Shown here: one piece after another, positions 47,301-56,251 of the stretch
Position numbering within the stretch: position 1 is the stretch's first letter
Layout of the letters: each line of letters opens with the position of its first letter
DNA from: a virus
Lineage: Duplodnaviria; Caudoviricetes
Virus record (IMG/VR): IMGVR_UViG_3300048599_000737
Coordinates: 1-64,000 of that record
Direction: 5' to 3' (one strand)
Length of the DNA stretch: 64,000 nucleotides
Made by a program: the position numbers and the translations under genes
The notes under the pieces: generated by a model
Told to the model about the DNA's origin: nothing
Databases searched by the model: none
What the model saw: only the letters and a program-made list of their open reading frames with translations

Positions 47301-49760
47301 TGCAACAGTAGTTTGCCGTCCGGACTGTCCCAAAACTTCTGAACTGACGGCATCTTCGAAAGCCTGATAGCTCGTTCTCGATGATTGATATTGCTCATGT
47401 AATCGTGAAATCAGTTCAGCTGCGGCCAGTCTAGGCTCACCAGCAATCCCGCTGTCAGCGAGCAATAATGCAAAGGCTCTCCTTGCGTCAGGGTCCGCAC
47501 CAATTGCACTAATGGCCTCTTCAGGCGTTTCTGGCTTTCGTTCATCAAGCACATCCCACAGAACTTGACTATGTCTGTCAACTTCGTAATGGCTGGCTGT
47601 AGCCGAATCTGTGGACCCTTCGCCCACCCGTTCTCCTCCCACCTCATGGGTAATCCCTGCGTTATCTTCATGCTCGGCAATCTCTGCGGGTGTCGCTGTG
47701 TCCTGGTTTATGGTGTGCGCCGCCCGGCCAAACTCGGGCGCGGCCTCAAGCCCAGCCGACACCGCTTCGTAGGTGCTCTGCGCCTTCGCCTTGATCGACT
47801 GTAATCCTGATGCAATCTCATGCCACTGTTCCGTTGAATAGGTTGCGAAGTGGCCCTTGAGCGGAATATCGGACTTCATCGAGGCCAATGGCTTCCAGCC
47901 CAGCTCCAGCATCCGGTCGTAGCCGCTCGCGTAGGACGTTGCATGGGGTGACTTGCGCCCGGCCCCAATGTCGTAGGTGGCCACCTTGGCGGTCCGCTTT
48001 CCATTGCTGGTCGTCTCGGAGGCGACCCCGACAACCACGTGCGTCCCGTCCGGCGACTGCATCGCGACCAGCTTTCGACTCTGCGCCCCGGCGTTCGCGT
48101 CAGCCCGCTTATCCTTGTAAACCAACTCCTTGGCCTCGGCCCGGTCAAGCCCGGCCAGATCGGTGAATATCCCAGCCCGGTTCTTCTGCTCGGCTACATC
48201 CACCTTGCCCGACTCCATCACCCTGCGGAACTGCTCCACTAGCTGAGCCGGATCGCCCTGGTGCTCGGCCCAGGCAGGCTTGCCCGGCACAGCTGCCGCC
48301 GCGGGAGTTTCCTCCGATGGAGGCGTTCCATGTGGAACACTTTCTAAAGGGTTCCTCTCTATACTAGAAACAAGCTCATCCTCCGGGGCTTGCAGCGCCT
48401 TGCCCGCCGCCGCACCGCTATCAACGACGGTGGGAATGGGAACGACATCCGTCGCAGGTGCCGGCTCTTCTCCAGGACGCTCGGCGTCGTGGACTGAACC
48501 ATGCACTTGCTCTGTTTGGGTTTGCGCAGTTCGCGCCGTTGCGGCCGTTTCTGTGGGACTTGATTCATTTTGCTCTGTAGCTGGTATTTCAAAACCGGAT
48601 TGATGCGGCAGCTCGCCGCCAACGTAGTCGCTTTCACCGCCCCCTTTGGCATCTCCAAACGCATCCCGCTCCTGCGACGCCAAAGCCAGACGCTGGGCTA
48701 TCTCAGTGGAATAGCGCTTTTTCTCGGCATCGAAAAACTTGCGAGCCGGATCATTGTCAGCCATCAAGGCATGCAGGGCGCCGTCCCCTTCAGCCATCGG
48801 CGCTCCCGTGGTGGCCCGTCCAGCCAAGGCGGACAGCTCGCCACGCTGCTTATCGGTAAGCCCGGGCACGGGCGGGGCTTTATAGGCTTCCCCGGGATGG
48901 TCCACCTGGTTCTCGTGCCTGGCAGACTCAAGCTTGTCCTTTGCCGCTTCCTCCTTGGCGACACCCTCAGCCGCGTGCCTGCCAAACACACCGTATCTGG
49001 GCTGGCCCAGAATCAATGACTGAACAAATGCTTCGACCAACCCTTGCCTGGTAGGACTCTCGCCAAACAGGAACGGTGTAACCGCCGCCTGCCCCGTCCC
49101 GAGCCCGACCTGGGCGGCCAGCGCTTTTGCGGACTCCTTCTCCGCCACATTCAATCCGGCTCCCCGCGCCCCCTTGACCAGCGCCGCCAGCCCCTTTACG
49201 GACTGGAGCGGAGCGAACTCAAACGCCGGCAAGGCTGAGGCGATACGCCCCACAGCACCGGCCAGTGGATGCTGTTCTTCACCGGCAACTTCCAGCTCGT
49301 TGAACTGGCGAGTGGCCTCGGGAACAAGCGCCTGAGCGGCCTTGTGCTGAGCCCAGGCCGCACTGCCAGCGGCCAAAGCGGAAGAAACCACGCCTCCCAC
49401 CAGCCCGCCTACCCCTTCGGAAATGCCGGTCTCGCCCAACCCCGGCACCAGAGCGCCAATAGCCGCACCGGCCTTCATACCCGGCGCGAAGGCCACCGCC
49501 GCTGCCGCGCCCGGGCCAAGGTTGGCTATCGTCTCCCGAGCGGCATGGCCCAGAGCGGTCACCTCCGGCCCAGCCGATCCCGAATTCAGCACCGGGGCTC
49601 CACCAAACATCGCTCGATACTGAGCCTCGGCCTGGGATTCCGCATCCTGGCCGGGAGCGGACTGGTCTGCCGGACCGCCCCCCGACGAATCGGTGCCAAA
49701 GAGGGCGCTGTACATTTCTTCCGCTTTGGCCTCGGTTAAATTTTGCGCTGGAGAATCCAT
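41310..49760 (-). CDS. Giant internal virion/DNA-ejection (polyvalent-type) protein, 2816 aa
   Basis: Last gene of the virion operon; zincin-like LFHEAFHAV motif; mostly helical. Confidence 0.8.
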   Translation of the reverse strand: MDSPAQNLTEAKAEEMYSALFGTDSSGGGPADQSAPGQDAESQAEAQYRAMFGGAPVLNSGSAGPEVTALGHAARETIANLGPGAAAAVAFAPGMKAGAAIGALVPGLGETGISEGVGGLVGGVVSSALAAGSAAWAQHKAAQALVPEATRQFNELEVAGEEQHPLAGAVGRIASALPAFEFAPLQSVKGLAALVKGARGAGLNVAEKESAKALAAQVGLGTGQAAVTPFLFGESPTRQGLVEAFVQSLILGQPRYGVFGRHAAEGVAKEEAAKDKLESARHENQVDHPGEAYKAPPVPGLTDKQRGELSALAGRATTGAPMAEGDGALHALMADNDPARKFFDAEKKRYSTEIAQRLALASQERDAFGDAKGGGESDYVGGELPHQSGFEIPATEQNESSPTETAATARTAQTQTEQVHGSVHDAERPGEEPAPATDVVPIPTVVDSGAAAGKALQAPEDELVSSIERNPLESVPHGTPPSEETPAAAAVPGKPAWAEHQGDPAQLVEQFRRVMESGKVDVAEQKNRAGIFTDLAGLDRAEAKELVYKDKRADANAGAQSRKLVAMQSPDGTHVVVGVASETTSNGKRTAKVATYDIGAGRKSPHATSYASGYDRMLELGWKPLASMKSDIPLKGHFATYSTEQWHEIASGLQSIKAKAQSTYEAVSAGLEAAPEFGRAAHTINQDTATPAEIAEHEDNAGITHEVGGERVGEGSTDSATASHYEVDRHSQVLWDVLDERKPETPEEAISAIGADPDARRAFALLLADSGIAGEPRLAAAELISRLHEQYQSSRTSYQAFEDAVSSEVLGQSGRQTTVAGDPVREGRSAPTGGESGGSGIETRGSPHETSGAGDAAEPTIRQRSAEEAAADVTPPEVKVVDKDGIGPKELTKLQAIAEQIAEGLGHEGRDAIEAAADEILDSGQSVKVDGKSALLHNGLVYTQEGTSFVPKVEVSEALTRFRRSQAVTEIEHLRPSAAKTGWIAREAIGGLRALGVRVDVVIDPLAKHFSSGEYKELVNGKGNAVRVITWTVADAHNPSGENLVALFHEAFHAVFARETPELQAAGHRAVKAFTDEALGIQGFREAVAATVPIERRPDVEQEGRLAEALGRKLVAEGFNPAEASGAVQRLWRVVSDIYQGTLMGLQKVAGYPISKERAMAYFENRLKMALAGEKPMSFLNYLGGPRKAQPNWDTEGEATRHSGLNPVTNPRKYLETPEGAPVGVAALNHFMDAIREQIHQWDVTGNLAGLTDDEIARHFIKLPEKVGESEMFVNEATPQRLIDQAVKTHGVSPDTRIADLPNSIAKQRAAAVAHRLFDAWKAAQSGAAMEARKEWRSSAHELDQNQKRLLRLTKDYRDLDYMDSVSREAMLHLLDDLSTSIRGVRDFSHQAGMIEQTLRQVEQLQTGELPPPYRRALDGVYKLLAENDPRFSDTLQKVASLDIDWTRPTGQVFEAIRQAFLAGGHEYLAPFLSDNVQSKALLATITAFGKSNSHIMDMLAIRGEKLTEEHALANEFLKELLGAGRGDAGELRERINSTFKSLKMRDRMVRIADKFAELKKRNYDLQASVESNQAKVDFHEDVFKPLVEAAMNGLERTAGIQLKSFEVYHGAEVPVPAAASSAPDKFDYRMLALRTDIGKKGIRPTPTPEVVSWMKAMQDWVDNAENQRFGAKYNEVSEALGKLKNHYVADEHRNLSDSLATRMLGPLQEKCNQAGTAAARLCGQAFNRYSALSRARMREVTQQGTHFGAALNEARKACGFPASSEATFWDNVVAPAFHDLEQNGERFWASGKTVEGMVEKSIEHALDFMDLKNPKARAAVGKLLRQHIDNSRILVRNGEELGNKVLDQGEGYRVYRKVLGTAPFTLPRVLTDIAQNFYREHMGGWTGDSLKPEAIEKAYSADPDALRETLKSRFTPQVWNWFMKSLAYNDRSYFYAPTEDSIRPLASREKVIQAYDTAEGDPVRFAENLANLHGYRPDGAFVADTLDTVQNFHNLLRAMVGEEFEAIRGGSPAPKRFIVDARHIEAAPKEWLNYLMSDHYNMEKVIHAQAFQAGFGRNGAAMERNLAAAINDQQGMLDRYNGWREAILKENPGISEKLVQRGIKDRCGLEGISYTALKESRNNLATLNGVADAFKAIQGMNNSGIIPELQPWARLIRTIGGWTVSGAGTAITAHSVFLEQPTRLLGLNVRSLALTGRSLVDAAKVAANAMLQAVGRECVFDADRLLAANQVGLFDTLNTNRQRLVTAWTHAYAAYRNAGPMGQAVGRAAELGSAVLQSDVFAPGAREKAIQRQAEGKAVAPTMKVLSPFHFAAECLQISNFITWQRHIEGMVSSGVLHFVEHPELVEDAGFRFDRKNLSGFGAGEREFNFLTERMSNFGFSLEQLAREAYRNRGSDKPILSAEVNKAISQLTLNEITLESSLTSRLPLLQTNGLGVAMNPFLGWPLQKTYQVLRELREPNGLATAKAFRGGLAAYMAILPIGMAASWLRNKFDEEVLGRKMNVSDLGNIHDLKSGLMTALDNASRIGTFGFIGEGLNYTLNDDNVRPITLDNRIFFANTIQNVWNAARALLQQTAPQVAQGNFQGALETGTDYQTVLRPLFQTLGGNGLLQNLGALNHLLSIDDAEARVSNRISVNNYLRVAGRELGLDVRTFGGMLQNQSIPNPIKPFIGRMVLSAYANDHESFSRAMKDALRQARAEGMKPEEAMKKVVSMFEAQNPLRIVFKSPPTEGEYSKLLTQLPDSGRQSVTGAVALYQHYAAQIGANTSVYSRDKGDFKGGRLSGPAGFGRVNRVVLTLEDMKRGAVGLGYHQEALP

Positions 49761-51352
49761 TATTGAGGGGCGTAAAGGTTGCGCATCCGCAACGCGTTCA
49801 GGGCGTCATCATACGCGGATACACCATCGGAAACCTCCGGCTGAAAACTGGGCGCGAAGAGCCCGGCCTCGGGCGCGATTGAGGCTCCAGCGGGAATCGC
49901 CTGGGCTTCAGGCATTGGCGCCACCATCACATTGGCCTGCGGGGTTGCGGCAACACTGGCGTTTGGCACCATGACTACCTGTCCCATAGCGGGTGCGGGC
50001 GCTGGGCTCCGAATGCCGGACCGCCCCCACACCTCAACCATATGGTGCATCCATTGCAGGTCTTGAGGGGAGGCTCCAATGGCTGGCTGAGCCGCCATGG
50101 CCGCCGGAGAACCACCCAGCATGACCGGTCCGCCTGAAGGCACGAACTGCACTTGGTTATTCTGGTCGAGCGTGAAAACGCCGGCTCCGCTGGGAGCGGG
50201 AAGCGGTCCATTCTTGAAGAGCTCCGGAACCCCGCCCCGGGTTCCCAACGCCGCTGCGGGCGGGGTGATAACCGGCTGCGAATAGGACTCTCCCCCGGCA
50301 CTCTCTCCGAATGAGATCGGGGGCGCTCCAGGGGCCGGAGCCAACACCGGGTTTAGCGGACGGACCGAGGCGGCGGGAGCGGCCGCTGGCTTCTGTTTGT
50401 CCCGGAGCATCCATTCATCGGCCAGATTGGATGAGCGGGAGGCCCAAAAGCGCGGCACCGTGCGCCCGTTCTCGCCGGGCATCAGGTCCAGGTTATGTTC
50501 CTGCTTATCCAGGAGCTGCAATTCGCTCTTGGCCGCGGCCAGCTTGGCGGCGGCGCCTCCGGCCAGAGTCCCATTCTGGTGCAGCCACTGCGATTGCATC
50601 GCCTGATGGTAGCCGTTGAAGGTCTGCATGAAGTCGGCGAACGAATTGGTCTTCTTGAGCGCCTCCTCGAAGGAGGCACCCTGCCCGACCAAGTTCCCGA
50701 CCTCTGGACGGCTATTGAGAAAAGCCTTCTGAGCTGCCATCGCCGCCTCGGCCTTGGTGGACTGGGCAGCCAACTGCGCCACCTGTTGAAACGCGGGCGC
50801 GTTGGCGCTCAAGTATCCGGTCAGTTCCTCCCGCCGCTTACGAATAGACACCTTCGCCTGGGCATCCGCCTGGGTATTGGCCTCCACCTGCTTGGCAGCG
50901 GTTTCATCCACCCGGTTCTTGTAGGCCGAGTCGCCCTCTCCGGCCAGGCGTGCGGGCACCACACCCCCGACTTGGTTGCGCAAAAAGGCTACCGACTTTT
51001 CGAGACTGTTCAGATCATGCTTCTGCCGGATCTCCTCCAAGGCCGTCTTGGCCCGCAGCTCGGCCACATGGGTCATCCGGTCATCCCGCATCTGCTCGCG
51101 TTGAAGCTGCATCCCATGCTGCTCCCTGGCGATCTGCAACTGCCGGTCACTGACCCGCCGGTTGAGATCCACCGCTTCGGCGTGCTGGAGCTGGTTCATC
51201 AGGAATTGGTTGCGAGCCGCGTTGGCATTCTCGACGGCTTGAGCCACGGGAGCAGCGGCGGCCGAACCGGCACGCACCCAATCCACGGGATTAGGCGCTT
51301 GATACCCGTAATCCAGGACTCGAACTGGGGGTGAAATAACTTCTCCAGGCAT
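49760..51352 (-). CDS. Internal virion/ejection protein
   Basis: Coiled-coil Ala/Gln-rich N-half and Pro-rich C-half; position. Confidence 0.65.
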   Translation of the reverse strand: MPGEVISPPVRVLDYGYQAPNPVDWVRAGSAAAAPVAQAVENANAARNQFLMNQLQHAEAVDLNRRVSDRQLQIAREQHGMQLQREQMRDDRMTHVAELRAKTALEEIRQKHDLNSLEKSVAFLRNQVGGVVPARLAGEGDSAYKNRVDETAAKQVEANTQADAQAKVSIRKRREELTGYLSANAPAFQQVAQLAAQSTKAEAAMAAQKAFLNSRPEVGNLVGQGASFEEALKKTNSFADFMQTFNGYHQAMQSQWLHQNGTLAGGAAAKLAAAKSELQLLDKQEHNLDLMPGENGRTVPRFWASRSSNLADEWMLRDKQKPAAAPAASVRPLNPVLAPAPGAPPISFGESAGGESYSQPVITPPAAALGTRGGVPELFKNGPLPAPSGAGVFTLDQNNQVQFVPSGGPVMLGGSPAAMAAQPAIGASPQDLQWMHHMVEVWGRSGIRSPAPAPAMGQVVMVPNASVAATPQANVMVAPMPEAQAIPAGASIAPEAGLFAPSFQPEVSDGVSAYDDALNALRMRNLYAPQ

Positions 51353-51355
51353 AGA

Positions 51356-52438
51356 TTACCATCCTCCAGCGGTGATTTCGGAACCGAATGACGGACTGAC
51401 TGTGCCCGAACTCGTGGCGTCATAGGAAAGTCCGGGAGAGGAAATCGTGCTACCGAAGGCGGGAGTGGATTCCACCCCGGCCGTCTGGCTGCTATAGAGA
51501 TTCCCGCCGGACAAGCCGGTCCCGGTTGTGGTTTGCCCGGCTTGCCACGCCTTGATCTGAGCGAGCATGTTTTGCTGATTCTGCTTCTGGCTGTAATAGT
51601 TCATGGCGGCTCCGGCAATTTGACCGCCCGCTCCAGAGACCACGCCCATGGCATTGGCTACCCCGCTATTGGGTCCACCGGTCGGTAACGGCTGGTATTG
51701 GAACGGCCCGGTATAGCCCAGCTTGAGCATGTTGAACGGCTGCATGCGCTGCCCGATGCTCTGGAGCCACTGGTCACTGGGCATGAACGCCAGGTCGCCG
51801 TTCTGCTTGGCCATCTGAAACGGCAGATTGATATTCTGCATCGGCATCGTGATGTCGCCGTAATTGCGAATATCAGCGGTCTGCTGCAAGTTTTGGAGGG
51901 TGGCGGCACCCGTGGCGTCTCCGGCGGCTCGCCCGGCCTGAAACCGGAGCAGACGCCGGCCATAGGAATCCCCCACCAATCCCCGGCTGGCCTGCTGAGA
52001 GTCGATGGCATCCAGAGTCTTATGCAGGGCATCGAGCGAGGAGCTGCGCGCCGTAGCCAGCCGTGCGGCCTGCACAGGCGCGGCATTACGCTCCATCCGC
52101 CGGGTAACCCCGCCGTCAAAGATGTCGTTGGTGAGGCTGGTGGCACCCTCTTGAGCCAGGGCAGTCCGTCCCACCGCCGACTGGAACGAGGAGAGCGGCA
52201 TGGCGGACCGGTTGTAAGCCCCCACCAGGTCGTTACCCAGTTCCCCCTCGAACAATCCGCCATCCGCGCCCTTGAGGTACAGCGGCATGACCGCGCTGCC
52301 CGTCGAGCCGCGCGACTCTTGGAACATCTTATAGTTCAGCTTGTTGGCCTCCCGCTGCGAGTCTCTGGCGGTATTAGTGGCTCGGCGGGAAGAGTCGGCC
52401 TGCGTAAGGGCGCCGATCACTCCTGAGATTGCGGACAT
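51356..52438 (-). CDS. Internal virion (DNA pilot-like) protein
   Basis: MSAISGVIGAL start, Gly/Ala/Gln-rich; start trimmed to ATG 52438. Confidence 0.65.
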   Translation of the reverse strand: MSAISGVIGALTQADSSRRATNTARDSQREANKLNYKMFQESRGSTGSAVMPLYLKGADGGLFEGELGNDLVGAYNRSAMPLSSFQSAVGRTALAQEGATSLTNDIFDGGVTRRMERNAAPVQAARLATARSSSLDALHKTLDAIDSQQASRGLVGDSYGRRLLRFQAGRAAGDATGAATLQNLQQTADIRNYGDITMPMQNINLPFQMAKQNGDLAFMPSDQWLQSIGQRMQPFNMLKLGYTGPFQYQPLPTGGPNSGVANAMGVVSGAGGQIAGAAMNYYSQKQNQQNMLAQIKAWQAGQTTTGTGLSGGNLYSSQTAGVESTPAFGSTISSPGLSYDATSSGTVSPSFGSEITAGGW

Positions 52439-52890
52439 AGCACCTTTCTGTAGCCGCACTCGTAGAGCGAGTAACCGGCCTGTTCGTAGAACCCCTTCAT
52501 TCTTTCGGGCATGGACGCCTGCATATAGATCATGGCCACGGTGGCGCACCCGCGCCGTCTGGCCCACACCTCGAAACCTTTGAGCAGCCGGACCGGCCAC
52601 AGCCCTCTTCGATGCTCTCGCTTCACGTACCAGAACAGCTCCACGGCACACAGTCTGCCGGTGAGCAAATCGGGGTGAATCATGCCGCCAATTCCGCCGA
52701 CGACCCTGCCGTCGTCCTCCTCCAGGAGCAGGATGATGCCTGCGCGCGACTGCAACGCTCCGCGCCAGAACTGGCTGTAGTGGCTTTCGTCCAGCGGGCA
52801 ATCGGGCAGGATGGCCGTGAACTCCCGGGCACATTCCAGGATGCGCGGCACATCGTCGATGGTGGCGGCAGTAATTCTCACAGGCGCCAT
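52417..52890 (-). CDS. GNAT-family acetyltransferase
   Basis: ITAATIDDVP...ELFWYV...WARRRGC...FYEQAGY. Confidence 0.85.
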   Translation of the reverse strand: MAPVRITAATIDDVPRILECAREFTAILPDCPLDESHYSQFWRGALQSRAGIILLLEEDDGRVVGGIGGMIHPDLLTGRLCAVELFWYVKREHRRGLWPVRLLKGFEVWARRRGCATVAMIYMQASMPERMKGFYEQAGYSLYECGYRKVLCPQSQE

Positions 52891-53888
52891 CCCTTCAGCC
52901 AGCCCCTGCCCATCCCTTCATTGATGAGCCCGGCGGTGACGAAGTTCGCCACCTCGCCATTCCGGGCTCGGTAAAACGGAGGACAGTTGATCTCATGCAG
53001 GTCCACGTTGGTCACGTCGTGCCAGGACACCAGCATCAGATTGACGCCTTCCACCAGAGTGTTGACGAACACGCTCTTGTTCTCCCGCCCCACAACGGTG
53101 AGGAGCCGGACCTCCATCCCCGCCCCTTCCAGCCAATGGAGCATATCGGACACGAATATCTTTTCCGTGGGCTTTTGCTCCGCCCAGATACGCGAAGCGG
53201 CCTTGAGGCGGAAGGCCATCACCACATCGGAAAGCTCCTTGGCCAGAGCCACGGCTTTCAAAAAGCTCGCCTGCGAGTCCACCACCAGGAGCGCGCTCTC
53301 CAATTTGATCCCGGCGGCGCGGGCATGCGCAATCACATCCCTCCACTTGTCCGTCTCGGGATGGATCGAAAGATTCACGTTCGCGCACCCGCTATCGCCC
53401 AGAATCTGCGGCATGGACATGAGCTGGTCGAAGTACTCCCGCTCAGCCAGCCGGATTCCGTTGGTCAGCAGCTCAACTCCGCCATACCTGGAAACCTGCT
53501 CAATGATGACGGGCAGGTCCGGGCGAAGGGTGGGCTCGCCGCCGGTCAGGATGAACGGGCCGAGATGAGAATTGACCCGGCACTCCTGAACGATAGCGTC
53601 CAGCTCCAGCCCGACCGGCTCCCCTTGTTCCAGGTGATAGTAACAGTATCGGCAGCGCAGGTTGCACTGGCGTGTCACATCGACGAAGTAGCCGGCATAG
53701 ATAGTCGCGGACTTGAGCCCCATGACGTAGGTGTAGAACACGGGGTCATGCTCCACCAGGCTGGTTTGTCGGCCATGCGCGCTGCACTCCTTTTCCATCT
53801 GGACGCCCTGTGGGTTCACCGTCACCACGGCAGGCACTTCCTTGTAGCAGACGGAGCAAAGCGAGGTAGTCAGTCGTTGCAGTTTCAT
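52878..53888 (-). CDS. Radical SAM protein (MJ0619/HMPTM-like N-terminus)
   Basis: CNLRCRYC, LTGGEPT, LTNGIRL; N-terminal CSVC...CSAHG. Confidence 0.9.
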   Translation of the reverse strand: MKLQRLTTSLCSVCYKEVPAVVTVNPQGVQMEKECSAHGRQTSLVEHDPVFYTYVMGLKSATIYAGYFVDVTRQCNLRCRYCYYHLEQGEPVGLELDAIVQECRVNSHLGPFILTGGEPTLRPDLPVIIEQVSRYGGVELLTNGIRLAEREYFDQLMSMPQILGDSGCANVNLSIHPETDKWRDVIAHARAAGIKLESALLVVDSQASFLKAVALAKELSDVVMAFRLKAASRIWAEQKPTEKIFVSDMLHWLEGAGMEVRLLTVVGRENKSVFVNTLVEGVNLMLVSWHDVTNVDLHEINCPPFYRARNGEVANFVTAGLINEGMGRGWLKGWRL

Positions 53889-53891
53889 AAA

Positions 53892-56174
53892 TCAGTTTTC
53901 AATCCAAGGCACACGGGTCACGCTGCCGGTATAGTTGGCGCTCGCATCCCGGGTAAACACAATGGCCGCCTCATCCCCGCTCGACTGGTCCACCTCAATG
54001 GTCATGTTGCACCGCAACGGACTGCCCCAGGCCGCGCCGTCCCCCGAGAGCGCAATGCTCTTCACATACGAAAGGCTGGGGTAACGGGTAGCCGCGGCCC
54101 AAAAGGCGGACAGGTCGTTGGCGGCGGCGCTGGTGGTATTCCAATCCGTGCCGGAGATTTGGAATATGTGAATCAACCCAATCTCATCGGTGACGACATA
54201 GAGGCGCTTCTTGAACGGGTTGTATTGGAAGAAGGTCACCCGGGCGGCGCTGGAGGCCGGATGCCACTTGTTGAACTCGGCAATGTTGACAATCCCGCTA
54301 TTGGTCAGGTCCAGGGAAGTTCCCACCACGGCGGCGGCCGTGCTCCCGACCGGGATGGAATACATGCGGAGGCCCGAAATCGTATGCCCCAGATTGTAGG
54401 AGCTGGAGCAGGCGTAAACCACGGTGATGCTGCCGCTGCTCTCGGTAATCCATGCCGGCTTGTATTCGTAGAAGCCGGTCTTGGTGCTGTTGATCTGCAC
54501 CGGCTGCCACGTCCCGATGGTGGCAACCGACGCCGTCACCGAACCGTTCGGATTACCTTTGAGGTAGAGCGTGGTGTAGGTGTTGGAACTGGGGATGGCA
54601 ACCTGCGAGCTCGTGAGATCCGTGTAGGTCGCCCCGTCAAAACTGTATTGGAGGTCGTTGCTCCCCTTGGTGATGGTGTAGGCAACCCCGGCGGAGATGG
54701 TCAGCGAGTAAAGCCCGGTGCTGTCATAGACCTGGGCGACCGGGACGATGTTGGTCGATGGATCTACCGCCGGCACCCGGTAGAGTCCCGCGTTGGAGGT
54801 AAAAACGCTGTCCACGCTCCCATCAGCCCGGGTGAACAGACCGTGGTTCTGATACCGGGGCTTGCCGGAGTTGGGCGCTGTCAGCGGGGTAGCGACATTG
54901 CTGGTAAGGTTGATAACACTGCCGCGAACCACAGCCGCATGGTTGGCGTAATTGAACACCAGCAACTTGTCGCCATAAGACACCGCCCCTTCGGGCTCGG
55001 CCAACGTATAGGTCAGGGCTGGAAAGACGTTAGTGCTGACATTACCCAGCTTCTGCGCTCCAATAACCAGCCGCCAGCTTCCGGTGGTGATAGCGGTTCC
55101 ATTGAAAGTCGGAGTCGAAGCGCCGAGCTGAACGGTAACGTTCGTATCGTCAAAGACCGCTGCAAACGCGGGCGAGCCGTTGGCTAAGAACTGGTCCAGG
55201 CTCACATACTGACCAACGGCGGCGGTCGTGGCATCAGCGTCCACCTTTATCAGGGACGCGGTAACAACCGTTGGAATCTGCCCCAGACCGTGAGCCAGAG
55301 TCGTGCTGCCGCCAGCGGCTGGCAGAGCGATTTGGCCCGACGAATACAGCACCACGCCGCTTACGGTGTAGGAAATGGTGGAATCGCTCGACGAGCTGGA
55401 GGAATCACTCCCGCTGCCGCTCAAAAGCACGAAGCTGCCCGCCTTGTAAACCGCCGCAAACACCGAGCTGGCACCAATTTCATTTTCCACCAGCGCCTTG
55501 CCGTTCCTCAGGATGGGAATGTTGCCCAGGTTATTGACGTTGAGCGTGCTGGCCCCCGTGTTGGCGGTGGCGGTATAGACAAAGAACATCTGGCCGTCCT
55601 TGTAGGCGGAAACGGGGGCGGAGAGCGACAGGCTGGCGGTCACCGACGCCGAGGGGGTTCCGGTCAAGGTCACCATTGTCTGGGTCGCCGTGAAGGCACC
55701 GCCGCTGCTATCGCTGCTATCCCCTGAAAGCGTCAGGCTGGTATTGACGACCACTGAGGCGTCATTGGTGCCCTTGGCCCAGTAATACCCGTAGTTTTTG
55801 GTCAGGCCGGTGAGCACATAGTTGCCATTGGCATCGTAGGCCGCACCCGAAGGAATCAGATTGGTGCCGCCCAGCCCGCCTTTGGCGGTGATGGCGTATT
55901 TGTTGACCGTGCCCGAATCCGTATCCACCGGCACAATGGAGTAGAGCAGGCTCGGGTTGAGCGCCGCCAGCGTGACCGCCGCGGCCTGAAGCGACTCGGT
56001 GCTGACCGCATCGGCCACCAGCGTCCCGTCCGCGTTCAGCGCGGTGGAGAGGAGATTGGCCAGCGTCAGGCAATAGGACTTCAGGTTCGCCCAGTTGGCG
56101 TCCAGCTCGGCATCCAGCAGCGCCTCGCCCTTGAGGGCGCGCGTCACCAGCGTAGGAAATTGCGGTATGCTCAT
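53892..56174 (-). CDS. Tail fibre/receptor-binding protein
   Basis: LLDAELDANW N-terminal anchor; Ser/Thr/Gly-rich beta domains; NTGASTLNVNNLG. Confidence 0.75.
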   Translation of the reverse strand: MSIPQFPTLVTRALKGEALLDAELDANWANLKSYCLTLANLLSTALNADGTLVADAVSTESLQAAAVTLAALNPSLLYSIVPVDTDSGTVNKYAITAKGGLGGTNLIPSGAAYDANGNYVLTGLTKNYGYYWAKGTNDASVVVNTSLTLSGDSSDSSGGAFTATQTMVTLTGTPSASVTASLSLSAPVSAYKDGQMFFVYTATANTGASTLNVNNLGNIPILRNGKALVENEIGASSVFAAVYKAGSFVLLSGSGSDSSSSSSDSTISYTVSGVVLYSSGQIALPAAGGSTTLAHGLGQIPTVVTASLIKVDADATTAAVGQYVSLDQFLANGSPAFAAVFDDTNVTVQLGASTPTFNGTAITTGSWRLVIGAQKLGNVSTNVFPALTYTLAEPEGAVSYGDKLLVFNYANHAAVVRGSVINLTSNVATPLTAPNSGKPRYQNHGLFTRADGSVDSVFTSNAGLYRVPAVDPSTNIVPVAQVYDSTGLYSLTISAGVAYTITKGSNDLQYSFDGATYTDLTSSQVAIPSSNTYTTLYLKGNPNGSVTASVATIGTWQPVQINSTKTGFYEYKPAWITESSGSITVVYACSSSYNLGHTISGLRMYSIPVGSTAAAVVGTSLDLTNSGIVNIAEFNKWHPASSAARVTFFQYNPFKKRLYVVTDEIGLIHIFQISGTDWNTTSAAANDLSAFWAAATRYPSLSYVKSIALSGDGAAWGSPLRCNMTIEVDQSSGDEAAIVFTRDASANYTGSVTRVPWIEN

Positions 56175-56251
56175 AGTGTTACCCTCTTTATGGTGTATCT
56201 ATTTAGCCCAAAACGCAAGCCTCCATCATTCAAACATGACGCCAGCTCGGT

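Noticed and set aside
41310-49760. Virion RNA polymerase (N4/crAss-like)
   Set aside because: No DxDGD/DFDGD or T7-like polymerase motifs recognised by eye
51356-52834. ORF-track N-terminal extensions (also 1958, 2824, 3834, 28791, 35354, 59929, 61107)
   Set aside because: Extensions overlap upstream genes; downstream ATGs give normal translational coupling
52995-55187. 730-aa plus-strand ORF and other long antisense ORFs (e.g. 37037-38398, 42828-44024, 61635-62759)
   Set aside because: Shadow frames of real GC-rich genes on the opposite strand
53892-56174. Diversity-generating retroelement or shufflon acting on the tail fibre
   Set aside because: No reverse transcriptase, template-repeat/variable-repeat pair or invertible cassettes seen in the window
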